64,000 nt of DNA from Malacoraja senta (taxonomy: Eukaryota), in the NCBI GenBank assembly GCA_038087875.1, contig CM076001.1, positions 1,056,001-1,120,000 of the forward strand, given 5' to 3'. Shown piece after piece: positions 27,701 to 39,204 of this stretch. The notes under the pieces were generated by a model. It was not told where the DNA came from. It searched no databases and saw only the letters and a list, made by a program, of their open reading frames with translations. Both the position numbers and the translations under genes were made by a program. Every line of letters starts with the position of its first letter. Position 1 is the first letter of the stretch.

Positions 27701-28376
27701 CTCCCCACTCTCTCCCCCCTCCCCGCTCTCTCCCCCCCTCCTCACCCCTCTCCTCCCCCTCCCCCTCTCTCTTCACACATCTCTCCTCACCCTTCTCTCC
27801 TGTGTGTGTATGTGGGTGTATGTCAGGTGTATGTCATTTTGATTTTGCCGTTGATTCGTTGGTCCGCCAAAACCACATGCAAAAACTCCGAGATTTTTAC
27901 CATTTCGCTAGCGTTTTAACTTTTACATTCGCATATCCACTCCTCATTAAATTTCGTCATTTTTCTGTACACATTTTAAATAAAATCCTCCCCCCCCCCC
28001 ACTCACTCATTTTGTCGCCTCCTGCTGGCCACCTTCTCATTGCGTGCCGCGCGACCATAATGGCTGCTGCCGCCCGGCTCTCCTCCACTCCCCCCCCAGG
28101 GCTCTGTCACGCTGGCGGAAGGCACAGATCGGCTTGTCCCCCGCTGCTTTTCGCCGTCCTCGCTGCCGGCCCGCACGCTTGCACTGTCCGAAAATCCGCG
28201 CATCAACGGCCTGTCGGCCCGCAGGCGCATTGAGGGCGTACGCAGTGTCTCCACGGGCGTACGCAGCGTCTTGACGGCGTACGCCTAGCATGTGGCATTG
28301 CGCGATGATGTCAGGCAGCCCCCCCTTGCAACCGCGCGTTGTGGGTACAGACCCAACGGGTCTGCACTTGGTCTAA
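24756..28376 (+). mobile_element. Non-autonomous Helitron, tandem unit 3, containing an L2 insertion
   Basis: Colinear with units 1 and 2; ends with hairpin CAGACCC-aac-GGGTCTG then cacttggtCTAA. Confidence 0.8.
25005..25946 (+). mobile_element. 5'-truncated L2-clade LINE (ORF2 C-terminal region)
   Basis: ORF 25074-25820 (LKLNSSKTE, LDYCNSLL, LQLVQNAAARL, LHWLP); AATAAA plus (TTA)n tail; TCAC repeated at both junctions; absent at the equivalent site in units 1 and 2. Confidence 0.9.
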
Positions 28377-29658
28377 TATACTTTTAAAAGTGTGTGTGTG
28401 TGTGTGTGTGCGTGCGTGCGTGCGTGTGTGTGTATGTCATTTTGATTGTGCCCTTTGATTCGTTAGTCCGCCAAAACCACAAGCAAAAACGCCCAGATTT
28501 TTACCATTTCGCTAGCGATTTTACTTTTACATTCGCATATCCACTCCTCATTAAATTTGATCATTTTTCTGTACACATTTTCAATAAAATCCTTCACAAC
28601 ACTTACAGTTTTCTTTAAATCAGCAGCTGCTGACGTCACAATGCCGACATGCCGACCAATCCAGGCCCACCTGCCTCCAGTATGCCTCCAAGTACGCTCG
28701 TGCCATGCCTCCCACAGCTCCCACACCCGCCTGCACACTACAACCCCCCCCTCCCCACCCGTTCTCAAATGCTCTGCAGACCGGGAGGTCACAGCCGGTC
28801 ACCGGCTTGAACATGGCGGTGGCAGTTATTGTCTCGCGGGGCTGGTCCCGACATCATACTCACCAATCAGCTGGGCAGGAGACGGGCCGACTGAATTTGG
28901 ACGTCGCACGGCAATTCGGGCGGTGACGTCATCACGCAACGGCACGCCGGGCGGTGACGTCATCGCGCAAGGCCACGCGCTAGGCGTACGCCGTCAAGAC
29001 GCTGCGTACGACGTCAAGACGCTGCGTACGATGACAAGATGCGGCATACGCCTGTCGAGACGCTGCATATGCCCTCAATGCGCCTGCGAGCCGACAGGCC
29101 GTTGGCGCGCGGGATTTTCGGACAGTGGCAAGATTTTTGGAGCCCAGCCCCGCGCAACTCCATACGCCGATCGAAGTGCGACCAGCCCTGCGAGGCCGTT
29201 CCCCCCGTCCCTGTCCCCCCTCCCTCCCTGTTCCCCCCTCTCTGTCCCCCCCTCCCTATCTCCCCTCCCTCTGTCCCCTCCCTCTCACTTGCCCCTCCCC
29301 CCTCCTCCCTCCCCTCCCTCCCCTCCCTCTCATAGCCCTCTCCCCCTCCCTCTACCCCCCTCCCTCTCCACTCCCTCTCCCTCTCCCCCCTTCTCTCTCT
29401 GCCCTCACTCGCTACCCCCCCCTCTCTAGACGTGCCTGCGAGTTGGGGGCTATGTGTCACTAGATAGGCCGATTATGGGGTAAAAGGAGCAAATTAATAA
29501 TATTAATATATTAACAAGGGGGGTAGTTAGCGTGTGTGCGGGGGGGGTAGTGTGTGTGGGGGGGGGTGGTTAATGTGTGTGACGCCGCATGCCGCCCCCC
29601 CCCCCCCACTCAACCGCACGTTAGGGGAACAGACCCAATGGGTCTGCACTTGGTCTAG
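28377..29658 (+). mobile_element. Related shorter non-autonomous Helitron (unit 4)
   Basis: Begins TATACTTTTAAAA; ends with hairpin CAGACCC-aat-GGGTCTG then CTAG (29655-29658). Confidence 0.8.
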
Positions 29659-30916
29659 TATATATATAAAACTAAAACTCTGATCTTGTTATCTTCTGGT
29701 TTGTGTGGTTTTTGTATTTGCTCAAAAACAGTAAACGATAACGCTACGCTTTTTCGCCACATTACTCACCATTCTCCTGTGCTGCAAGTGCAACAATTAT
29801 TGTTCCGATCAATGGTATATTTTAAAAGTTGTTAAGGTTTAAATATCTTCAAAACCGCGCATGCGCAGATTGGTCTCCTCTCCTGTCAGTCACCGCCACG
29901 GCAACGCCCCTTCCCGCCCTGATTGGCTGCGTCCGCTGTCAGCGTGACGCCCCTTCTTGCACCATCGCCGCACTGATTGGCCGCGTCCGCTGTCAGTCAC
30001 CAGCGGCGCCCGCCTCGCCCGGCGAGGAGAATAAAGCTGAAGGAACGGGAGTGAGCAGACTGTGCATCACTAACGCTCCGCCGGGTGGAGAGCGGGTGGT
30101 GCTGCAACTGTGGGCACTGACGATCCAGGGCCTGGGCACAGATGATCCGGGGCCTGGACGCTGAGGCTGTCTCTGAGGACGACGGCTGCAACCTCGAGAT
30201 CCTGGGGAGGTGAGGAGGGAGAGTGGGGGGAAAGGGAGAGGAGGGGGTAGGGGAGGGAGAGGGGGGGAAGTGGGGGAGGTGATGAGGGAGAGTGAGGGAA
30301 GAGGATGAATAGAGGGAGATGAGGGAGGGAGTGGGGGAGGTAGGGAGTGGGGAATACCTGGGGTGGTGAAAAGAGAGAGTGGGGGATTGAGGGAGAGGAG
30401 GAGGTAGGGAGGGAGAGGAGGGAAAGTGGGGGAGGTGAGGAGGGAGGGTGGGGGAGGAGGGAGAATAGAGGGAGAGGAGGGGGGAGGGGGAGGTAGGGAG
30501 TGAGAATAGAGGGCATGAGGGTCAGGAGCGATAGTGGGGGGATAGGTGGAGGTGAGGAGTGGGGGAGGTGGAGGATATGGTGATAAAACGGGATAGGGAG
30601 ATGAGTTATGGAGGGAGGGAGTGACTGAGGGTAGAGGATATGAGAGGGAGGGAGAGGTGATGGGGGGATTGGGGAGGGTAGGAGGAAAGGAGAAAGAAGA
30701 GGGAGGATGAAGAGGAGGGGGAGGAAGTGCTGGGGGATGAGGGGAAATGAGCCGCCCATGCGCAGTTAGGGGCTATGGGTGAATGGTGGAATATTGCCTT
30801 GGGGGAACGGGTTGCATTGGGGGAACGGGTGAGTGGTGAAATATTGCGTTGGAGAACGGGCTGCGTTGGGGGACCAGGCCTCCGATGTGACAGGGACCCA
30901 ACGGGTCCCAGTCTAG
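29659..30916 (+). mobile_element. Non-autonomous Helitron of a second family (unit 5) with a polypurine tract
   Basis: 5' tatatataaaactaaaactctgatcttg; 3' hairpin GGGACCC-aac-GGGTCCC then CTAG^T (30913-30916). Confidence 0.82.
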
Positions 30917-31166
30917 TATACATTTATTTCTCTCTCATTTCTGAGAATGTGGGGTTACATTTCTTACTTCCCAGTCAGTGGTAAATGTTCTAGACACCAT
31001 TTAATTTTAGAAAATGACAACCATCATCTCCAAAGCCAGATGATAATATGCAAATCTTGTCCCAGAAAGTTATCAGCTTTCAGTCCCATTAATTCCTTTA
31101 TTCCATGATCATTGTATTAACATTGTTCCAAGTTTCTCTAATCTCCTTGCTCTAAATTTTCAATAT

Positions 31167-32241
31167 GTTTATTATTAAAACTCTCATCTTGTTTGTTTGC
31201 AGGTTTGTGTTGTATTTCTATTTGCGCAAAAACAGTACACGATACCACTACCATTTTTGGCCCACCTTACTCACCATTGTCCTGTGGTTTAAATGAAACA
31301 AGTTTTGTTCAGATTGATGGTATATTTTAAAAGTTATTAACGTTTTAAACTTAAATGAACAAAACAGCACCCCCATCCAAGCATGCGCAGTTGGGGGAGG
31401 GTTCATGTGCGTGTCTTTGCAGGCCACTCAACGGGTCCTCAGCCTCACCTGCGCATTTAGGGCCTTTCCAGAATTCAGATCGTCATCTTTTTTTCACAAC
31501 GGCGACACAGGTAAGATTACTTTCATTTTACTGTTGCTCCGGGCCGGCGGGGTTCTGCCACCTTGGCACTGAGGCTGGGGCTATGTCTGCGGGCGGTGGT
31601 GGCCGGCTCCGGGTGCAGGGAGAGCTCGCGTCGACGATCCGGGGCCTGGGTGCTGAGCCTGGCTCTGAAGGCGGCGGCACTGCTGCTCCGGGCATGCAAG
31701 GAGGGAAAGGAGTGGCACCCTCGATATCCTGGGGAGGTGAGGAGTAAGATGGGGGGAATGAGGGAGAGGAAGGGGTAAGGAGGGAGAGGGGGGGATGTGG
31801 GGGAGGTAGGGTGTGGTGAATAGAGGGAGAGGAGGGCAGTGGGGGAGGTGAGCAGGGATAATGGGGGAAAATAGGGGAGGTGAGGAGTGGGGAAGGTGGA
31901 GGATAGAGGGATAGGAGGGGGTAGGGAGGGGAGAGGAGTTATGGAAGGAGGGAGGGAGTGACTGAGGGTAGGGGAAAGGAGAGGGAGGGAGAGGTGAGGG
32001 AGGGATTGGGGGAGGGGAGGAGAGGGGAAAGAAGAGGGAGGGTGAAGAGGAGGGGGAGGGATGAGGGGAAATGAGCCGCGTCTGCGCAGTTGGGAGCTAT
32101 GGGTGAGTGGTGGAATATTGCATTGGGGAACGGGTTGCGTTCGGGGAACGGGTAAGTGGTGGAATATTGCGTTGGAGAACGGGTCGCGTTGGGGGACCAG
32201 GCCTCCCGTGTGACAGGGACCCAATGGGTCCCACAGTCTAG
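31167..32241 (+). mobile_element. Non-autonomous Helitron related to unit 5 (5' end approximate)
   Basis: 5' region homologous to 29665-29850; 3' hairpin GGGACCC-aat-GGGTCCC then CTAG^T (32238-32241). Confidence 0.8.
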
Positions 32242-32381
32242 TCAATACTATTTGAGGGTTTGGAGGCAATGTCACCAGAGTTTTCTGTCTCTCGCTGTTC
32301 CTTTTCTCCTCTTAAACTGATTCCAATTCTTTATTTTCTGAACAATGATTTCCTTTCCCACGTTCTTTCAAGAACTCATAG

Positions 32382-32905
32382 CTTAATGACTGCCATCCAG
32401 TGGCCTTGACATCCACCATCATAAAGAGCTTTGAGCGACTGGTTATGGCACATGTTAAATCCAGCCTACCAAGCAGCCTTGATCCATTGCAGTTCGCCTA
32501 CCGCCACAACAGGTCCACTGCTGATGCCATCTCCCTGACCCTACACTTATCCCTGGAGCACCACGATAAGAAGGACACCTACTTTCAATACCATTATCTC
32601 AACCAAGCTCATCTCCAAACTCATGGAACTTGGAGTCAGCTGGATCCTTAACTTCCTGACCAACAGACCACAATCTTTGAGGATAGGTGACAAATCATCC
32701 TCTACTATAATTCTCAACACTGGTGCCCCACAAGGATACATTCTCGGCCCCTTAATGTACTCCTTGTATACTCACAACTACACAGCTAAATACCAATCCA
32801 GCTCAATTTCCAAGTCTGCAAATGACACCATCCTAGTGGGCTGGATATCAAATAATGATGAGACAGTTTACAGAAAGGAGATTGAGAACAATGTAACCTG
32901 GTGCC
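32382..32905 (+). mobile_element. Degenerate Rex1-type RT fragment, followed by a short minus-strand CR1 fragment (~32910-32990)
   Basis: [23 protein letters not shown] and GAPQG motifs; LVRPHLEYYVQFWS on the minus strand. Confidence 0.8.
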
Positions 32906-33234
32906 TCTTTCCAGCTGAATAACTTCCTTCCTTTCGCAGAGTGACCAAAACTGAACATAATACTCCAAATGCGGCCTCACCAATTTGTATATAAGTAGAC
33001 TACTCACTACCAACTACAAGATAGTTGCATGAGATACGATGGTCTAAAATATTTCTAACATTACAACAATAGTTGTACATCAAAATAATATATATATTGA
33101 GGAAAAGTAAAGTTAACTTTTCAAGTCAGCTACTTTTAAACAGAACTTTGAAAATGTTCTGACCAGCTGACCAATACCATCATTTTTATGTTTTTATTTA
33201 AGATTTTCAGCATACGTGAGATTTTGTTTTTTCT

Positions 33235-33575
33235 TCCAAAGTACTTTGTCGGCTGTAAAGAGCTTTGAGACATCCTAAAGGGTCTGTGCAATTCTTTTTC
33301 TTTAAGACCGTAAGTCTTTTTCACAGCTATTCTCACAGGTTGACATAAAAACCTCATGGCACAATTTTAAAGCAGAGCAGGTGTGTAAGTATTTCTCACT
33401 CCTAAATCACAATATCTCATCATTATCACATTCTTGTTTATGAGATTTTGCTGTTCATAAATTGGCTGCCATATTTCATTCATTATAACAGAAGCTGCAC
33501 TTTGGAAATAAAATTGTACATTTTGGGTTGTGAAATATGGTATATACTGTAAATGGAAGCTCTTTTCTTCTTTCC
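33235..33575 (+). mobile_element. Old SINE 3' remnants (DeuSINE/SacSINE-like)
   Basis: cattatcacatt..tgttt.tg.ga..ttgctgt...aaattggctgcc and aaagtactt...ggctgtaaag.gctttg resemble my recollection of this family; not verified by alignment. Confidence 0.5.
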
Positions 33576-34265
33576 TTTCTTGAGTATATTCATCTTGAAA
33601 TAACAGTGATATTTTTAAACAATTTTTACATCATTGTTAATCTTGTTGCAATGTGTGGTTGGCTGATGAAATACCCACCCAGCTGGATTTTGATTACCAA
33701 ATAATAGACTCCACTATAAATTCTGATCCAGCACAAGGAAGTGGAATTACTAGGATGACATGCCTACCGAAGACGGGTGAAATTCTGCTCACTGCTACTC
33801 CAGACGTTTGAGTTTCAAGCCATAATCTTTCCAATCATCACTTACCCCTTCAACTTGACCAAGTTTACCAGATACATAAACCTGTAACTGTAGTAATGAA
33901 AGGGGTTCCTCCTTTAAATCCTTTCTTCATTTAAATTTTAACAGCTGAAGTTGAGGCACTTCACATTCAGGAACTAAGTGTGGCAGCTAGAGCAGATCTG
34001 GAGTTCCATCTTGCAGAATCTACATGAGAACTTGTAAAGAAAGCAAACCTTTGGATGTTCAAATGGTTCGCCTATGCTGATAATGGTAATGGACTAGAGA
34101 TACAGGGAAATTGGTAAAAAAAATACATATGGAACCTTTTTAGTTTTTAAGTACTGTATAAAAAGTATTATGTTATCTGATTAATCATGGATATTATGCC
34201 CCAAAATTCCATTGGCATAACATCATGTTTCACTCAGCAGTAAATTTGGCTTACATTTCAGCGTA

Positions 34266-34935
34266 CAGATAGTTCTGCTATAACATAATAGTTATTATGT
34301 TATAATGAATGAATAGTTATTACTATTAAAATGAATGAAATATGGCAGCCAATTTATGAACAGCAAAATCTCATAAACAAGAATGTGATAATGATGAGAT
34401 ATTGCGATTTAGTCTATAACATGAGAAACCTCATGTTATAGAAATTTGTGTTAGAAAAACAATTGTGTCATTGGGGAAAAAAGGGGTTAGAGGCTGGTGT
34501 TTCAGGCTCGCAATATCAAAGTTATTTTTCCCAACAGGAATTTCAAAAATAAAATGTATTTTTAAGAACTTTTTAAGAGGTTTATTATTGTTACTGCAAG
34601 CTGAAAATACTAAAGGCTGTACATTGTTTAATAGACTATCATTGCACAAGCGATTGCTTGTCAATTTCAATGGTCTTCTGCAATGAACATAGCAGCTGTG
34701 TTTTTAGGAGACATTGTGCCTGATTACTGCGGGGAGACTATATGGAAACATTTCTTTTCCAAGACAGCTTTTTTTCTGATTGCCAATTTCTAAAGTTACT
34801 CTTAAGTGGCTCTCTAGTTTCCGATTAAAATTGTGTTATAACCAAATAAGCCCATGTGATACAAATTCCCTAATTCATCGATCGCATTATATCCAATTTG
34901 CAGTGTAGAAACGTGTGTTATAGCAGAACTACCTG
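34266..34935. mobile_element. Tc1/mariner (Tigger/pogo-like) MITE
   Basis: TA TSD at 34264-34265 and 34936-34937; 19-bp TIRs CAGATAGTTCTGCTATAAC / GTTATAGCAGAACTACCTG with one mismatch. Confidence 0.85.
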
Positions 34936-35076
34936 TACTGTATCGTCTACATACAGTGTGCAGTTGACCACTAATGAGGAATGCAGAGTTGTAGGACAGC
35001 TTGTCTGATTTATGATCTCTCGACTTGTATGGAAGGAATGGCAAGAAAAACAATTTCCCAACAACATAAAGGAATT

Positions 35077-35160
35077 CTAAATTTCAGGTCCTTCCTCCTT
35101 TGACTTATCTGATACAGGTTGTATGTCCAGGAGACTAGTGTGATCTTCATATTTCCTTGT
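35077..35160 (-). CDS. Candidate terminal coding exon of an unidentified host gene (TRKYEDHTSLLDIQPVSDKSKEEGPEI*)
   Basis: T-rich tract plus AG acceptor (tttattatattttcaag); phase 0, matching the candidate exon at 39130-39204; lies in non-repetitive sequence. No homology confirmed. Confidence 0.45.
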   Translation of the reverse strand, partial: TRKYEDHTSLLDIQPVSDKSKEEGPEI

Positions 35161-36759
35161 CTTGAAAATATAATAAACTTCCTCCAGAATAAATGAAATC
35201 AATATCTTCATATTACTAATGAATGCATAAACAGATGAGTATGTCACTGAATCGGCCTCCATTTAACTGAGCTAATAATCACCATATTCTGCTTTATTTC
35301 TAATGAAAGTAATAATAAATAAATACTAATTGATTTAAGGCTAAATTCTTCAATTACCCAATCCTCCTCTATTCTTTGTTATTTCATTATTTGAATTTGA
35401 AGATAACCATAAGATCACTAGTTGCTTTGACTTCTGTGTATCTCTGGACATGGAAGTAGCTAATCCGGCCAGTTCAGGCTTAAACTGTGACATAAAAAAA
35501 GAGGCAGTACTTTATGTTGCAAAGTTAAGAGCAGACATGACAATATGGCACTATTTAAAACGGTATTAATGTATGCCCCGCCTTAGCAACAATCATGGAT
35601 TCATAGATTCTACTAAATTCATCCATCACCTACACACAAGGGGCATTTTACAGGGAGGAGTTGATGGGGATGTGGGAAGAAAGAAATTAGATTTTTGTAG
35701 ATTAGTGTAAATGGGTATATGACGGTCAGTGTGGATTTGGCGGGCGAAAAAAGTCTGTTTCCAGGTTCTATGACTTTATAATGTCACAATTCTAGGTCTC
35801 TAGATGTCTTCAGTGCTAAAATTGTCAAGTTAACCAGGAATTGGCAGGCACCATTATCAAGGGAGTCCATACAAATACCAACAATATGGTTTCTTCCTGT
35901 TGAGGAAATGCATTGAAAACAATTTGCTCATCCCCAACACACTTTTGCAACTGTTAAAACACAGTATGATATTTTGAATGTACTCCAAGCATTTATTATG
36001 TCATTATCAGAAGACATAGGGAGCAAGTCATTGTCTCAGGTCATGAGAGTTCCAGTATGTGGGAGTGACCACAAACTCGTTGCACCACAAATTGACTATC
36101 TGATAAAAGCGAAAGCACCACAAATTTTCCAAGTCAGAACAGCACTGAAAAAATGCGCAACAATGTGGTAACAATTGATATGCTCTAATAACAGTGAGGA
36201 AAATTGAGCACCATTCATAGATTCACATGTTCAACTGCATTTAATATCTATAGTTCCAACATCAAGTGGGAAAGCAAAAGACATTCCTACAACCTTAATT
36301 GGACATTTCCTCAGTACCAGGAGCTATCAATCTCCAAACAGAAGAATCCTACTGTCTCATCTTGTGCAACGCATTGAATAAGAGCAACTGCCGGGAGTCA
36401 CTGTAGATTCAGGAAAGAACAAGGGACAATGAACATGATACAGTATTTGCAACTGGCTAACTTTAAGAGAAATGCCATGGCAAACTTCAGTTGCCTGAAG
36501 TAATTAATGCAATAGCTCAGCAATTCCATAATGGGATATTTGTTGCGTTGAGAATGACAGTGAATTGCCTAAATCATTTCCACTAACTAATTGAGTAATG
36601 TAGGCATGTATTGGCCTAATAGTCTGCCACACTTACAGATCAGATGGCACGTTCTTCAGTTTGTTAAAAAATTCTGTCTTTATAACTAGGCTAGTTAACA
36701 TCCCTCCCTCCTCACCTTTATAACTGGGCTGTTATATCACCCAATCCTCCACATTTATA

Positions 36760-37518
36760 TATCCAGTATATAATCTTCCAACACTTTCGCCACTTCCAAC
36801 GGAATACCACTACAGGCCACATCTTCCCATCTCCACCCCTTTCTGCTTTCTGCAGAGACCGTTCCGTCCGCAACACCCTGGTCAACTCGTCCATTCCCAT
36901 CCAAACCACCCCCTCCCCAGGTACTTTCCCCTGCAACCGCAAAAGATGCAACACCTGTCCCTTTACCTCCCCCCTCGTTGACATCCAAGGACCCCGACAG
37001 CCTTTTCAGGTGAGGCAGAGGTTCACTTGTACCTCCTCCAACCTCATCTACTGTATCCGCTGATCCAGGTGTCAACTTCTGTACATCGGCGAGACCAAGC
37101 GCAGGCTCGGCGATCGTTTCGTTGAACACCTCCACTCAAGTCCGCTTTAACCTACCTGAACTTCCGGTTGCTCAGCACTTAAACTCCCCCTCCCATTCCC
37201 AATCTGACCTTTCTGTCAAAGTGAGGCCCAGCGCAAATTGGAGGAACAGCACCTCATATTTCGCTTGGGTACTTACACCCCAGCGGTATGAACATCGACT
37301 TCTTTAACTTCAAATCGCCCTTGCATTCTCTCTCTCTCCATCCCCTCCCCTTCCCAGTTCTCCCACCAGTCTTACTGTCTCCGACTACATTCTATCTCTG
37401 TCCCACCCACTCCCCTGACATCAGTCTGAAGAAGGGTCTCGACCCGAAACGTCACCCATTCCTTCTCTCCAGAGATGCTGCCTATCCCATTGAGTTACTC
37501 CAGCATTTTGTGTCTACT
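36760..37518 (+). mobile_element. Penelope-like element 3' fragment (GIY-YIG endonuclease remnant)
   Basis: Translation NLIYCIR..CQLLYIGETKRRLGDRFVEHL at ~37040-37130; 12-bp direct repeat TCCACATTTATA at 36748-36759 and 37519-37530. Confidence 0.85.
37426..37453 (+). ncRNA. Minimal type I hammerhead ribozyme core in the Penelope terminal region
   Basis: CTGAAGA-a-GGGTC-tc-GACCC-GAAACGTC gives a CUGANGA box, stem II, GAAA, palindromic ACGT and a UC site; stem I is weak. Confidence 0.6.
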
Positions 37519-38618
37519 TCCACATTTATAACTAGACTATCCCATCAATGTAACCTCCAGGATTTATAATTAAACAAACCTATTTCTGTCCTCACTCATT
37601 CATAATACAACTGACAGATCATTGTGTCTTTCTCCATCAAAACCCATATTTAATAACCGAGTCCCTTGAGTGCACAGGCATATTACTCATCACTGTTGAA
37701 TTTACAGTCAATTTGATTCACCAGGCAGAGGCACTTAAACATCTTTTTTTTTTGTATTTTAATAATATAAACATCACAGATGTTATCAGTGAATAAAGGC
37801 ATAATATAAAAAAATTGTGCTGCCTAAAATTCACTGTTGGGTCAAATTCAATTAAACTTTTTATTTCTAAATTAAAACAATCCATTGTTGTCCCATACAA
37901 GTGACAGTGACTATATTCAAAGCAAACAAAACATATTAAATTACAATCTGCAGAGTGTAAAGTGTGTTATGTTACCAGTTGTGTGAATAGAAGCTGAAAT
38001 CTCCAATACCCTATCCCCTGGGAGCCCACTCATGCCCCCATCATTTTTAACACCATGCATTGTGTGTTCTCAGATCAGTCTATGTGCCTCACTCTACAGT
38101 TGTATCTGCTTGATTATTATTTTCCTCCTTAAGCTCTCTTCTTAATGTTTTTCTTGCTGCAAACATTGTTAAATGCAAGTTTTCCCAGCGGCAAACCTAT
38201 GCCATTCTAAGTCAATTTTTTGTTGTTGGGATTGTAGGACATCATGATCTCATCCTGCACTGTTCAAACCTGGACAAGTTGGTGATCATTACATCATGTG
38301 TTTCCTTACCCCTGGTATTGTTATCAACATGTTTGCATTGTTAAATATGCAATGCAAATATGCATATACAATGCAATGTCCATTGTTGGCCATTGTTGAC
38401 CACTGTTGTCAGTTATCCTACCTGAGACTGAAATGTCTTCCATTCATCCAATTAAAAATTCACCCTCTTTTCCTCTAGTGTACTAGAGCTGCAATATCAT
38501 CTATGAGATGTACTTATGTGCTTGTCAAGGCTTCGTGAACAGCAACTCCTAACCCCCATGACAGGGGCAGCAAGCGCTTGGGAATGCCAACACCTCCAAA
38601 TAATACAAAAGTTAACCC

Positions 38619-38825
38619 GTAGACACAAAGAACTGCAGATGCTAATTTACAAAAAAGGCACAGAGTGCTGAAGTAATTCAGTAGGTTAGGCAGCATCTAT
38701 CAAGGATATGGATAGACGGTGTTACAGGTTGGAACTATGAGACTAATTTTGGTAGTAGGGAGAAAGCTGGGAGATGGGAGCAGGACAAATTCTGGCAAGT
38801 GATAGGTGGATACAGGAGAGGGTGT
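38619..38825 (-). mobile_element. Degenerate Penelope-related terminal fragment
   Basis: Reverse complement resembles 37470-37517 (agatgctgcc...gagttactccagca...tgtgtctac). Confidence 0.5.
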
Positions 38826-39129
38826 TTTAACTTAACTTAACGTTCATTGCTCATTCAAAATATTGCAAATGCATAAAAAATAATCTACAGCATACAGATT
38901 GTAGTAGTTCGAGGAAGTGACACATCATCTTCTCAAGGTCAAGTAGAGATCAGCAATAAGTCTTGTTCTTGCCAACATACCCAATGAAATTAATTTAAAA
39001 AACCTGCAGTCACACCTATTGTTTTGTTTTAAATAATACTCAGGTTGACTGTTGATAAATGCAATGAAACACCCATGGCACAACATTTAATTAACAACAA
39101 TTATCTAAATGACAGTGATAGAAGCTTAC

Positions 39130-39204
39130 TCCAATTACTGCATGCATGGCTTTTAGTCTTTGTCTAAGGGTCTGCTTGTATGTTTTTGTTGCAGTATGCT
39201 TCCT
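39130..39204 (-). CDS. Candidate internal 75-bp coding exon (RKHTATKTYKQTLRQRLKAMHAVIG)
   Basis: Acceptor ttctag and donor GTAAGC; length divisible by 3; only frame 0 is open, the other two frames contain stops. Confidence 0.55.

Noticed and set aside
20071..27776. Long Pro/Ser/Leu-rich and Gly/Arg/Glu-rich ORFs (up to 553 aa)
   Set aside because: They arise from C/T-only tracts that rarely contain stop codons, are open in several frames, and lie inside repeated Helitron units.
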